A DNA stretch of 64,000 nucleotides, from NCBI GenBank assembly GCA_965207685.1, contig OZ242294.1, forward strand, positions 1,027,896 through 1,091,895. The letters are read 5' to 3'. The translations under genes and the position numbers were made by a program. This document shows, piece by piece, positions 40,241-48,992 of this stretch; positions within the stretch are counted from its first letter, which is position 1, and every line of letters begins with the position of its first letter. This stretch comes from Thermodesulfobacteriota bacterium (lineage in GTDB: Bacteria > Desulfobacterota_D > UBA1144 > Nemesobacterales > Nemesobacteraceae). The notes under the pieces are model-generated. The model was not told where the DNA came from, ran no database searches, and saw only the letters and a list, made by a program, of their open reading frames with translations.

Positions 40241-40330
40241 TTATTCTTCCCCCCGCCATCCCCTTAACAAAGCGGTTTGATATAATCCGCTTTATAATTG
40301 ATAATACAGTTTCCGGGACGGTGATCTGAA

Positions 40331-43273
40331 TTGTCTGAAAAAATCCCTAGCTTTCTCAAGAACGGGTACTTGGCACTTGCCTTGGGAATTATTATCGTCC
40401 TCTCCTTTTTTCTTGTCGCCGAACCGGTCAGCCTTGACCGCAAATACAACAGTCAGAGCATAAAAATCGCCGAAGACACCCTTAAGCACGTAAACAAGTT
40501 TTATCTGGATCAGAGCAAGATCGACTATGCGGAAATGCTTGAAAAGGCGGTCTCCAGCCTTGAAACCTTTCTTGACGACGTGCTGGTGGAGTTTCCGCAA
40601 GACCAGGACAATGTCTTCGCCGTTCACGTAAAGGAAAAAGCAAAGAGATTCAAAGAAAAAGAGTCACCATCCCCAAACGACGTCACAAGCACTCTGGGCC
40701 AAGTCGTGTCTTTTGTCCTTTCTAACACAGGAACCGAAGACCGTACCGTAAAAAACATAGAATATTCGATATCGGACAGCATGCTGAAGGTCCTTGATCC
40801 CCACTCCGCGATGATTCCGCCGGATATCTACAAGGAGTTTCTCATAGACACCGAAGGAAGCTTCGGAGGGCTAGGAATAGTAGTCGGCATAAGAGATGGC
40901 CAGCTGACCGTCATATCTCCAATAGAAGGCACGCCAGCTTACAGGTCAGGGATAAAAACCAAAGATCGGATCGTACAGATAGAAAACGAGTCGACCATAA
41001 ACATGCCTCTTCTCGAAGCTGTAGGGAAACTAAGAGGCAAGAAGGGGACTAGGGTAAACCTTCTTATCTCGAGAAAAAACTTCTCCAAGCCCCGGGAATT
41101 TTCGATAGTAAGGGACACGATAAAGATAGAAAGCGTCGAAGGGTTTGACCTTGAAAACGGCATTCTTTACCTGAGAATAAGAAATTTCCAGAAAAACACG
41201 TCCTCAGATCTAAACAAAGAGATAAGCAGCCGCTCCTACCCAATTAACGGAATAATCCTCGATCTCAGAGCAAACCCCGGGGGTCTTCTCTCGGAGGCAG
41301 AAAAAGTAGCCGACCTCTTCCTCTCCTCGGGAACGATAATGACAACTAAAGCAAGGGACTATGCTAAAACCTACAGAGCGACGGCAAAACAGCCTGAGTA
41401 CAAGGGAAAAGTGATAGTGCTTGTGGACCAAGGAAGCGCAAGTGCGTCGGAAATAGTGGCCGGAGCGCTCAAAAACAACAAAAGAGCACTTGTGATAGGA
41501 AAAAGGTCCTTCGGCAAGGGATCGGTCCAGAAGGTTTTCGAGTTCGAAGACGGCGCAGCACTGAAACTCACAATAGCAAAGTATCTCACCCCGGGCAACA
41601 TCTCCATCCAAGACAGCGGCATAACCCCCGACATTCTTCTTCAGGGATCAGTGATAACCGAAGATAAAGTCGTCTATAACCCTTTGCCCGAAAAAAGAGA
41701 AAACGATGGGGAAGAGGCATATCTGCCAACCCCTGAATTCACGATCAAGTACATTGACGAGAGCCTGGCACCCCTAGAAGAAGACGAGGATGAGATCCAG
41801 CCGGACGAATCGCTTACAAAAGCTCAAAAACTTGAGAAGCTGAAGAACGATTTTTACGTAAAACTTTCAAGCAGGATGCTTATGGCAGAAACCAAGAAAC
41901 AGATGTATGCAACGGCTGCCGATTTTTCCAACGCCCAACTTGAAGAAATCAGAACACGGATTGAAAATACCGGAATCGACTGGTCTGCCGGTGAGACAAA
42001 AAATCCCTCCGCATCGGTCCAAACAGTTCCCTCGAAAACAGTTTTCCGGGCCGGGGAAGAAAGTTTCCTTGAGATAAAGGTGACAAATTCCGGCTCTGAC
42101 CCGATATACAGGCTCAGTGCTGTCACCGATTGTGAGAACCGCATTTACAGCGATGGAGAGCTTCTGTTCGGAAAACTGCTCCCCGGGCAGAGCAAGAACT
42201 CAAGAGTCAAATTCTCCGTTCCCAGGTGGGCCACAACCAGAGAGGATAGCATCAAGCTCATTTTTACGAGTTCTGGGAGCAAAACCTTTACGGAAGAAAG
42301 CTTGCTCGTGAAAACCATGGCGGACAAGCGTCCTGTCTACTCACATAACCACGAAGTAGTGGACGATGGGAGATTCGAAAGCAAGGGTAACGGAAACGGC
42401 CATCCGGAACTTGAAGAAACGATAGTACTCAACATAAAACTGAAAAACATCGGGGACGGAACATCCGAAAAGACGGTCGCAACTCTTAAGAATCTTTCTG
42501 GTAACAACGTGTTTCTTGAAAAAGGGAGAGTTGAGATTGAGAACTTCCGCCCAGGAGAAACCAGACTCGCGCCTTTTCGCTTCAGGCAGAGCGGCGAAGG
42601 CGGTGAAACCGAATTTGAACTTCTCGTAATGGATGAGGACTTCCGGGAAATAAAAACACAGAGAATAATACTGCCTGTCTCCCCGCAGGAAAGACCGTTC
42701 TTCCCCGCTTCTTCAAAGAAAACCGCCCTGTTCAAGGACTCAGGTTCCATACTTGGGGGAACTTTCCCCGCAGCCCCCGCGGTGGCTGTGGCGCAGAAGA
42801 ATTCCATGGTAAAAATTCTCGGCACTTCAGGGCGATGGATACGGGTTGAGGGAAAAAATTCTCTAACAGGCTGGGTTGAAGAAAAAGCCGTAAGTGTTGC
42901 TCGGGCAAGTTACGACGGTCCATCCGGTGAAGCGTCGGATGAAAACGGAACCGACGGCGCCTGGCAGGAGATTTCAGTTCTTGAAGAGATCTTTGAAGAA
43001 CCCCCTTTCATCATGATTTCGGATTTCCCCATGTCCACGGAAGCCTCCAAGATAACAGTGGAAGGATCGGTCAGAGACACCGACCGCATAGAGAGCGTCT
43101 CGGTTTGGAAAAAAGACGACAAGGTAAAGCTTTTTACACCGGGGGAAAACAATGTTTCCCTGCTTTTTCCCTTGACTCTCGAGGAAGGAATGAATCTTTT
43201 CACCATAGTGGCCAAGGACGAAAAGGGTATGACATCCAAAAGAACCCTAGCCATAAGAAAGGATATTTCCTGA
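40331..43273 (+). CDS. S41-family C-terminal processing peptidase with PDZ domain and an approximately 500-aa C-terminal extension (Ig-like/CARDB-like repeats and an SH3b-like segment)
   Basis: PDZ region GGLGIVVGIRDGQLTVISPIEGTPAYRSGIKTKDRIV. The S41 catalytic Ser is in LDLRANPGGLL and the catalytic Lys is in FGKGSVQ. The C-terminal region (aa 470-980) is repetitive and beta-rich, with WIRVEGKNSLTGWVEE (SH3b-like). Confidence 0.8.
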   Translation: MSEKIPSFLKNGYLALALGIIIVLSFFLVAEPVSLDRKYNSQSIKIAEDTLKHVNKFYLDQSKIDYAEMLEKAVSSLETFLDDVLVEFPQDQDNVFAVHVKEKAKRFKEKESPSPNDVTSTLGQVVSFVLSNTGTEDRTVKNIEYSISDSMLKVLDPHSAMIPPDIYKEFLIDTEGSFGGLGIVVGIRDGQLTVISPIEGTPAYRSGIKTKDRIVQIENESTINMPLLEAVGKLRGKKGTRVNLLISRKNFSKPREFSIVRDTIKIESVEGFDLENGILYLRIRNFQKNTSSDLNKEISSRSYPINGIILDLRANPGGLLSEAEKVADLFLSSGTIMTTKARDYAKTYRATAKQPEYKGKVIVLVDQGSASASEIVAGALKNNKRALVIGKRSFGKGSVQKVFEFEDGAALKLTIAKYLTPGNISIQDSGITPDILLQGSVITEDKVVYNPLPEKRENDGEEAYLPTPEFTIKYIDESLAPLEEDEDEIQPDESLTKAQKLEKLKNDFYVKLSSRMLMAETKKQMYATAADFSNAQLEEIRTRIENTGIDWSAGETKNPSASVQTVPSKTVFRAGEESFLEIKVTNSGSDPIYRLSAVTDCENRIYSDGELLFGKLLPGQSKNSRVKFSVPRWATTREDSIKLIFTSSGSKTFTEESLLVKTMADKRPVYSHNHEVVDDGRFESKGNGNGHPELEETIVLNIKLKNIGDGTSEKTVATLKNLSGNNVFLEKGRVEIENFRPGETRLAPFRFRQSGEGGETEFELLVMDEDFREIKTQRIILPVSPQERPFFPASSKKTALFKDSGSILGGTFPAAPAVAVAQKNSMVKILGTSGRWIRVEGKNSLTGWVEEKAVSVARASYDGPSGEASDENGTDGAWQEISVLEEIFEEPPFIMISDFPMSTEASKITVEGSVRDTDRIESVSVWKKDDKVKLFTPGENNVSLLFPLTLEEGMNLFTIVAKDEKGMTSKRTLAIRKDIS

Positions 43274-43333
43274 GTTTAGGATATTTATCGCTCACGCACC
43301 CAAGACTGCGGATGAAGTCCAGAGGACGGAGTA

Positions 43334-44269
43334 ATGCTTAAGTTTCTCTCTTTTCGAATACTGACCGGAGCAGTCGTAATCCTCGTGGTCGCGAGCATAA
43401 CCTTCTTTCTGCTCAGGGTGCTTCCCGGGGGTCCTTTCGACGCCGAGAAAAGTATTCCCCCGCACATACTCGAGAACATTGAAAAGAAATATCACATGGA
43501 TAAGCCGCTACATAAGCAATATCTCATCTACATGGGAAATCTGGCCCGCGGCGATTTCGGACCTTCCTACAAATACGACGACAGACCGGTTACCGACATA
43601 ATAAGGGAAACCCTGCCGGTCTCAATGGGACTCGGGTTGGTGTCCCTGGTGCTAGCGTTTTTCATGGGAACAGTGGTCGGAATGATTTCCTCACTGTTTC
43701 CAAGAAGCATCCACGACATTGCCTCCGTGCTGATTTCCACATCGCTGGTATCGGTCCCGAGCTTCGTCGTCGGGGCGGCACTTATATATTTTTTCTCCGT
43801 TAAATGGGGGATTCTGCCGGCTGCCCTATGGGGAGAGCCAAAGCATATAGTCCTTCCGGCACTGACCCTGAGCCTGGCTCCGTTCGCCTATATCTCAAGG
43901 CTTGTACGCTCCAACATGCTTGACGTGTCGGGCCAGTTCTTCGTAAGAACCGCCAGGGCAAAGGGACTTGGAAGAACGAAGATATTCACAAAGCACATAC
44001 TCAGAAACGCACTTATACCGGTCGTAACGGTGCTAGGTCCCCTGACCGCCTACCTGGTGACAGGATCCTTTGTCGTCGAACACATATTCGCGATACCGGG
44101 AATGGGAAGGTTTTTCGTTTTTGCCGTGGCAAACAGGGACTACTCCGTTGTACTCGGAATAACGATCGTCTACGCGCTTCTGCTCGTAATAGCAAACCTT
44201 ATCGTCGACCTTCTCTACGCCATACTTGATCCGAGGATAGAGCTTAGGAAACAGGAACCGATCGCCTGA
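43334..44269 (+). CDS. ABC transporter permease, OppB/DppB family
   Basis: N-terminal FLLRVLPGGPFD and the EAA-like loop region ARAKGLGRTKIFTKHILRNAL. No cognate oppC/D/F/A genes are nearby. Confidence 0.8.
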   Translation: MLKFLSFRILTGAVVILVVASITFFLLRVLPGGPFDAEKSIPPHILENIEKKYHMDKPLHKQYLIYMGNLARGDFGPSYKYDDRPVTDIIRETLPVSMGLGLVSLVLAFFMGTVVGMISSLFPRSIHDIASVLISTSLVSVPSFVVGAALIYFFSVKWGILPAALWGEPKHIVLPALTLSLAPFAYISRLVRSNMLDVSGQFFVRTARAKGLGRTKIFTKHILRNALIPVVTVLGPLTAYLVTGSFVVEHIFAIPGMGRFFVFAVANRDYSVVLGITIVYALLLVIANLIVDLLYAILDPRIELRKQEPIA

Positions 44270-44291
44270 TAGCAGGCAAAAGCAGCCAGAA

Positions 44292-45029
44292 ATGAAAAAC
44301 GTAAAAATAATTATTGAGTATGACGGCACGGACTACCATGGCTGGCAGTGTCAGGCGGATCTTCCCACGGTACAGAAGACAATAGAGGACGCCATCCGGC
44401 AAATCACCAGAAAAGATGTAAAAATAACGGGTTCGGGAAGAACGGACGCGGGGGTGCACGCCATTGGCCAGGTGGCGAATTTCTTCACCGAAGCGCAGAT
44501 GGATCCCGAGACCTTGCGGAAAGCGCTTAATTCCACACTTCCCCGGGACATATCGATCATCAAGGCCCAAGAGGTCCCGGACGGCTTTCACGCGCAGTTC
44601 AGCTCCCGGAGCAAGGTATACGAATACAGGATTTTCAACAGGCCGTATCCCCCCGCCCTTCAGAGAAACAGAGTGTGGCACATCCAGGAGAAGCTCGATA
44701 CAAAAAAAATGAGAGAAGCCGCCGCATATCTTGAGGGAACACATGATTTTTCCGTTTTCGCCACGGCCGACATAACGGTGAAAACCACGGCACGCACAGT
44801 AAAACGGGTTCACGTCAGGAAAACCCGTGAAGGAATAATAGTGATTGAAATAGAGGCGGACGGGTTTCTGAAAAGAATGGTGAGAATGATAACGGGAACC
44901 CTAGTGGAAACGGGAAGGGGCAAACTCACCCCTGAGGGATTCGGCCAGATACTCGCAGGAGGGCAAAAAACAAAAAACGTTTTCACCGCTCCCCCTGGTG
45001 GACTATTTCTCAAAAAAGTCATCTACTGA
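44292..45029 (+). CDS. truA: tRNA pseudouridine(38-40) synthase
   Basis: The IEYDGTDYHGWQCQ and GSGRTDAGVHAIGQVANF motifs include the catalytic Asp. Confidence 0.9.
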   Translation: MKNVKIIIEYDGTDYHGWQCQADLPTVQKTIEDAIRQITRKDVKITGSGRTDAGVHAIGQVANFFTEAQMDPETLRKALNSTLPRDISIIKAQEVPDGFHAQFSSRSKVYEYRIFNRPYPPALQRNRVWHIQEKLDTKKMREAAAYLEGTHDFSVFATADITVKTTARTVKRVHVRKTREGIIVIEIEADGFLKRMVRMITGTLVETGRGKLTPEGFGQILAGGQKTKNVFTAPPGGLFLKKVIY

Positions 45030-45159
45030 TTCCACGGTCAGGCAAATCTTGCCGATAAAAGAAAACACAGAGTTTTAATACTGGATTATGTCCTGTTTTT
45101 AGAAATAAAAACTTGAATATTTGAAAAAATGAGGTAACTTTACCGCCAAGGAGATATAC

Positions 45160-45885
45160 ATGAGCATTGCTAGAGCAGTACGGAAAAGTGTCGAGAAAAT
45201 ACCCGCTGGCCGCATATTCAACTACCGGGAACTGCCGGACTATTTAAAATTTCCGGAAGCAGTTATCAAAGCGGTAAGCAGGATGGTTTTAGACGGAGAG
45301 CTTGAACGTTTTTCCAAGGGACGTTTCTATGTACCTAAAAAAGGGCTTTTAGGCCCTATGAAACCTTCAGACGGAGAAATTATTCGTTCAATACTATATA
45401 AAGATGGCCGCTTGTGCGGCTATGTAACCGGTCCATATCTCTATAACTGGTTAGGACTTACGACCCAGATGTCCCGCGTAGTCACCGTTGCCTGTAAAGG
45501 CGGCAGCCAGAAGAAGGAATTTGGCACGATCCGAATCGATACGGTGGTGAGCCGTATCCCTATAAAAGAAAAGGATGTACCACTTCTGCAATATCTGGAC
45601 GCCCTGAAAGACATAAGGAAGATACAGGATTCGGACATAGATATCTCTCTGGAGATCATACGCCGCCGCATATCAGAATTATCTAGTCTCGAGCGATTGC
45701 GGCTCGCGTCTTTAGCGGAAGATTACTATCCTCCCAGAGTCAAGGCGCTAGTTTGTCTGCTTTTTTCAAATTTGCAACTATCTGTGCCGGACAGTCTAGC
45801 TCTATCCCTAAACCCCTTAACAACTTATAAGCTGAAACTGGACCGGTCTCGGTGGCCGGGGGCCCGAAAGTGGAACATTAGATAA
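45160..45885 (+). CDS. AbiEi-like antitoxin/transcriptional regulator (Type IV TA / abortive infection)
   Basis: 241 aa with an N-terminal wHTH-like region. Its stop overlaps the start of a downstream AbiEii-family nucleotidyltransferase (ATGA). AT-rich. Confidence 0.55.
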   Translation: MSIARAVRKSVEKIPAGRIFNYRELPDYLKFPEAVIKAVSRMVLDGELERFSKGRFYVPKKGLLGPMKPSDGEIIRSILYKDGRLCGYVTGPYLYNWLGLTTQMSRVVTVACKGGSQKKEFGTIRIDTVVSRIPIKEKDVPLLQYLDALKDIRKIQDSDIDISLEIIRRRISELSSLERLRLASLAEDYYPPRVKALVCLLFSNLQLSVPDSLALSLNPLTTYKLKLDRSRWPGARKWNIR

Positions 45886-46841
45886 TGAATCTGCACAAAA
45901 ACGATGAAATCTTCAATGAACTGATAAAGGCCACCGGAGAATCCGCTGGAATACCGGATGCTTATATCGAAAAAGATTACTGGATAACAATGTCCCTTAA
46001 ACTTCTATCTGAATCTCCGTACAGAGAAAATGTGGTCTTTAAAGGAGGGACATCTCTATCCAAAGCATATAGATTAATAGACCGCTTTTCCGAAGATATT
46101 GACTTAGCTGTGTCCTGCAGCAGCAAAGAAGGAGACAATCAAAGAAAAAAGTTGCTTAAAAATGTGGAAAATGTGGTTACCCAGAACCTCATTTCTCTTA
46201 AGGATGACGAACGGGAATCCAAGGGTTCAAAATTCCGCAGGACGGTCTACAAATATCCTTGCAAGGTTGGTAACGATAGTTTTGAACAGATCCCCCGGGA
46301 ACTGCTAATTGAAATCAATGCATTTGCCAACCCCGAACCATCTGAAATACGGAAAATACGAACTCTTATCGCGGAACACCTGATTAAGAAAAAGAGGGCT
46401 GATTTAATCGCTCAGTTCGGGCTTGAGGATTTCCCGATCAGAGTACTGTCCCCAAAACGTACACTGATTGAAAAAATGCTTGGAGTTATCAAAGATAGTT
46501 ACAGCAATGATCCCATTGCTAGATTATCGAACCGTATTCGCCATCTTTATGATATATGCCTGGTCTTACGGCATGACGAATATCAGGATTTTATCGCGAG
46601 CAACGAGTTCAAATTGTTATGTGACAAGTGTATTGAGGATGAAAAAGCAGGGGAATTCGAACATTCCGATTGCTTTGAAGAACCGCTAATAAAAGCGCCT
46701 TTATTTTTTAATTTTGAGACTTGGCGCAATTCTTTGAATGTCACGTATACAAACGTGTTTTCTAATCTGGTCCATGGCGATTTACCGGATATGAGTGAGA
46801 TTTCGGATGCGCTTGACCTTCTGCAAAAACATCTCAAATAG
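45885..46841 (+). CDS. AbiEii/AbiGii-family nucleotidyltransferase toxin (DUF1814)
   Basis: The FKGGTSLSKAY....RFSEDIDL motif is typical of AbiEii NTase toxins. Confidence 0.75.
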   Translation: MNLHKNDEIFNELIKATGESAGIPDAYIEKDYWITMSLKLLSESPYRENVVFKGGTSLSKAYRLIDRFSEDIDLAVSCSSKEGDNQRKKLLKNVENVVTQNLISLKDDERESKGSKFRRTVYKYPCKVGNDSFEQIPRELLIEINAFANPEPSEIRKIRTLIAEHLIKKKRADLIAQFGLEDFPIRVLSPKRTLIEKMLGVIKDSYSNDPIARLSNRIRHLYDICLVLRHDEYQDFIASNEFKLLCDKCIEDEKAGEFEHSDCFEEPLIKAPLFFNFETWRNSLNVTYTNVFSNLVHGDLPDMSEISDALDLLQKHLK

Positions 46842-47024
46842 ATAGTACCTCGTATTCATTCCACGCATGGCAACTCAAGATGCGGTTTACAGTCTTCTAA
46901 CTTTATTCTTCAGTTGATTTTAGTTTCCACGCCATTTGTGTATTCTGCTTGGCAATTAGTATTCCAACATGAGATGAAGGCTCGTCAGGTTTTTACATAA
47001 GTCTGGATTTAAGCGAAGCATGCG

Positions 47025-47786
47025 ATGAAATTCCTCAGGTTCAATAACGCTGAAGAAAAACCGGTATTCGGAAAATACTTAGATGGATCGGTTTTTGAGA
47101 TAGAAGGAAACATCTTCGGGAAACACTCCGTAACGGATAGGAAATATGATTGCGCGGACATAACGCCGCTTGCTCCCTGCCTCCCGACCAAAATCATAGC
47201 CGTCGGGCTAAACTACGAGGATCACGCAAGGGAGATGAACAGAACTCCTCCCGAAGATCCCATGCTGTTTATGAAACCCTCAACGACAGTCATCGCGCAC
47301 CAGGAAGAGATAAAATACCCGACGCACATGTCGGGCAGGGTCGATTACGAAGGAGAGCTCGGGGTCGTGATAGGAAAAAGAGCCCACATGGTGGAGAGGG
47401 AACAGGCCCTGGAATATGTCTTCGGATATACCTGCATAAACGACGTGACCGCAAGGGACCTTCAGGCGAAGGACATACAGTTCACAAGGGGCAAGGGTTT
47501 TGACACTTTCGCCCCGATAGGACCTTTTATAGAAACGGAAGTCGATCCCGCGGATCTCCGTATACGGACTTTTCTAAACGGAGAAGTAAAGCAGAACTCA
47601 AGCACGAAAAACCTGATATTCAGTGTCCCTGAGCTTGTAAGCTTCATATCGAAGGTGATGACACTTCTTCCAGGAGACATAATAGCGACCGGAACCCCCT
47701 CCGGGATAAGCCCCATGAGCCCGGGAGACGTAGTGGAAGTGGAAATCGAGGGGATTGGAAGGCTCGTAAACCGTGTCGCCCGGTAG
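47025..47786 (+). CDS. Fumarylacetoacetate hydrolase (FAH)-family protein
   Basis: YEGELGVVIGKRAHMVEREQALEYVFGYTCINDVTARDLQ and FTRGKGFDTFAPIGP are FAH-fold metal-binding signatures. Confidence 0.85.
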   Translation: MKFLRFNNAEEKPVFGKYLDGSVFEIEGNIFGKHSVTDRKYDCADITPLAPCLPTKIIAVGLNYEDHAREMNRTPPEDPMLFMKPSTTVIAHQEEIKYPTHMSGRVDYEGELGVVIGKRAHMVEREQALEYVFGYTCINDVTARDLQAKDIQFTRGKGFDTFAPIGPFIETEVDPADLRIRTFLNGEVKQNSSTKNLIFSVPELVSFISKVMTLLPGDIIATGTPSGISPMSPGDVVEVEIEGIGRLVNRVAR

Positions 47787-47896
47787 CCGATCCGGATTGC
47801 CTTGCGCCTAGCGGCGGCCCGCAGAGCTTCTGAGTTAGCAATGGTTCAGGTAGGTTAATGCCCTGAAAAAATCACAAACACAGAGGAAAACAAAAA

Positions 47897-48967
47897 TTGC
47901 CTAAGATACTAGTAGTCCCGGGAGACGGGATAGGAGTCGAAGTAACCGAAATCAGCGTGTCAATACTCAAGGCCGTCGGCGAGAGAAACGGAATCGAATT
48001 CACGCTTGAAAACGATCTTCTCGGAGGATGCGCCATAGACGCGCACGGCGTCCCGGTAACAGAAGAAACCATAGAAAAAGCAAAGAAAAGCGACGCGGTG
48101 CTTCTCGGAGCCGTGGGAGGCCCGAAATGGGAGAACCTTGAGCACCACCTCAAGCCCGAAAGAGGACTCCTTGAGCTCAGAAAGCAGCTCGACACCTTCG
48201 CGAACCTGAGACCCGCGATCGTCTATGCGGCCCTTGCCGACGCGTCCACGCTTAAAAGAGAGGTCGTTGAAGGGGTTGATATAATGGTCGTAAGGGAACT
48301 AACAAGCGGAATATACTTTGGACAGCCGAGAGGGGCGGAACAGCTCGACGAAAAAGAGAGCAAGGCGTTTAACACCCTTAGCTACACAACCTCCGAGATA
48401 GAACGGGTGGCGAAAATGGCTTTTGAAATCGCCAGAAAAAGAAAAAACAAAGTCACTTCCATAGACAAATCCAATGTTCTCGAATCAATGGTGCTCTGGA
48501 AAGACACGGTGACGGAACTCCACGAACGCCATTTCTCCGATGTTACGCTTGAGCATCTGTACGTGGACAACGCGGCAATGCAGCTTATAAGAAGACCCGC
48601 CGATTTCGACGTAATGCTGGCGGGGAACATGTTCGGCGACATAATAAGCGACGAAGCGGCTCAGCTCACCGGCTCTCTCGGCATGCTACCCTCGGCAAGC
48701 GTCGGCAACCAAGGGGCAATATACGAGCCGGTTCACGGAAGCGCCCCCGACATCGCCGGCCAAGGGATAGCAAATCCCATAGCCTCGATTCTCTCGATGG
48801 CTATGATGCTGCGCTACTCCTTTGACATGGACGCTGCCGCCACACAGGTCGAAGAAGCCGTAAGAAAGATCCTTGACAATGGCTACCGCACATCCGACAT
48901 ATACGAGGAAGGGAAAACAAGGGTAGGAACAGAGGAAATGGGATCTCTCATACTCGGCGAGCTGTGA
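47897..48967 (+). CDS. leuB: 3-isopropylmalate dehydrogenase
   Basis: ILVVPGDGIGVEVT and NMFGDIISDEAAQLTGSLGMLPSAS are isocitrate/isopropylmalate dehydrogenase signatures. 356 aa. Confidence 0.9.
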   Translation: MPKILVVPGDGIGVEVTEISVSILKAVGERNGIEFTLENDLLGGCAIDAHGVPVTEETIEKAKKSDAVLLGAVGGPKWENLEHHLKPERGLLELRKQLDTFANLRPAIVYAALADASTLKREVVEGVDIMVVRELTSGIYFGQPRGAEQLDEKESKAFNTLSYTTSEIERVAKMAFEIARKRKNKVTSIDKSNVLESMVLWKDTVTELHERHFSDVTLEHLYVDNAAMQLIRRPADFDVMLAGNMFGDIISDEAAQLTGSLGMLPSASVGNQGAIYEPVHGSAPDIAGQGIANPIASILSMAMMLRYSFDMDAAATQVEEAVRKILDNGYRTSDIYEEGKTRVGTEEMGSLILGEL

Positions 48968-48992
48968 GAGAAAATGGCTCAGGTGCCAGAAA

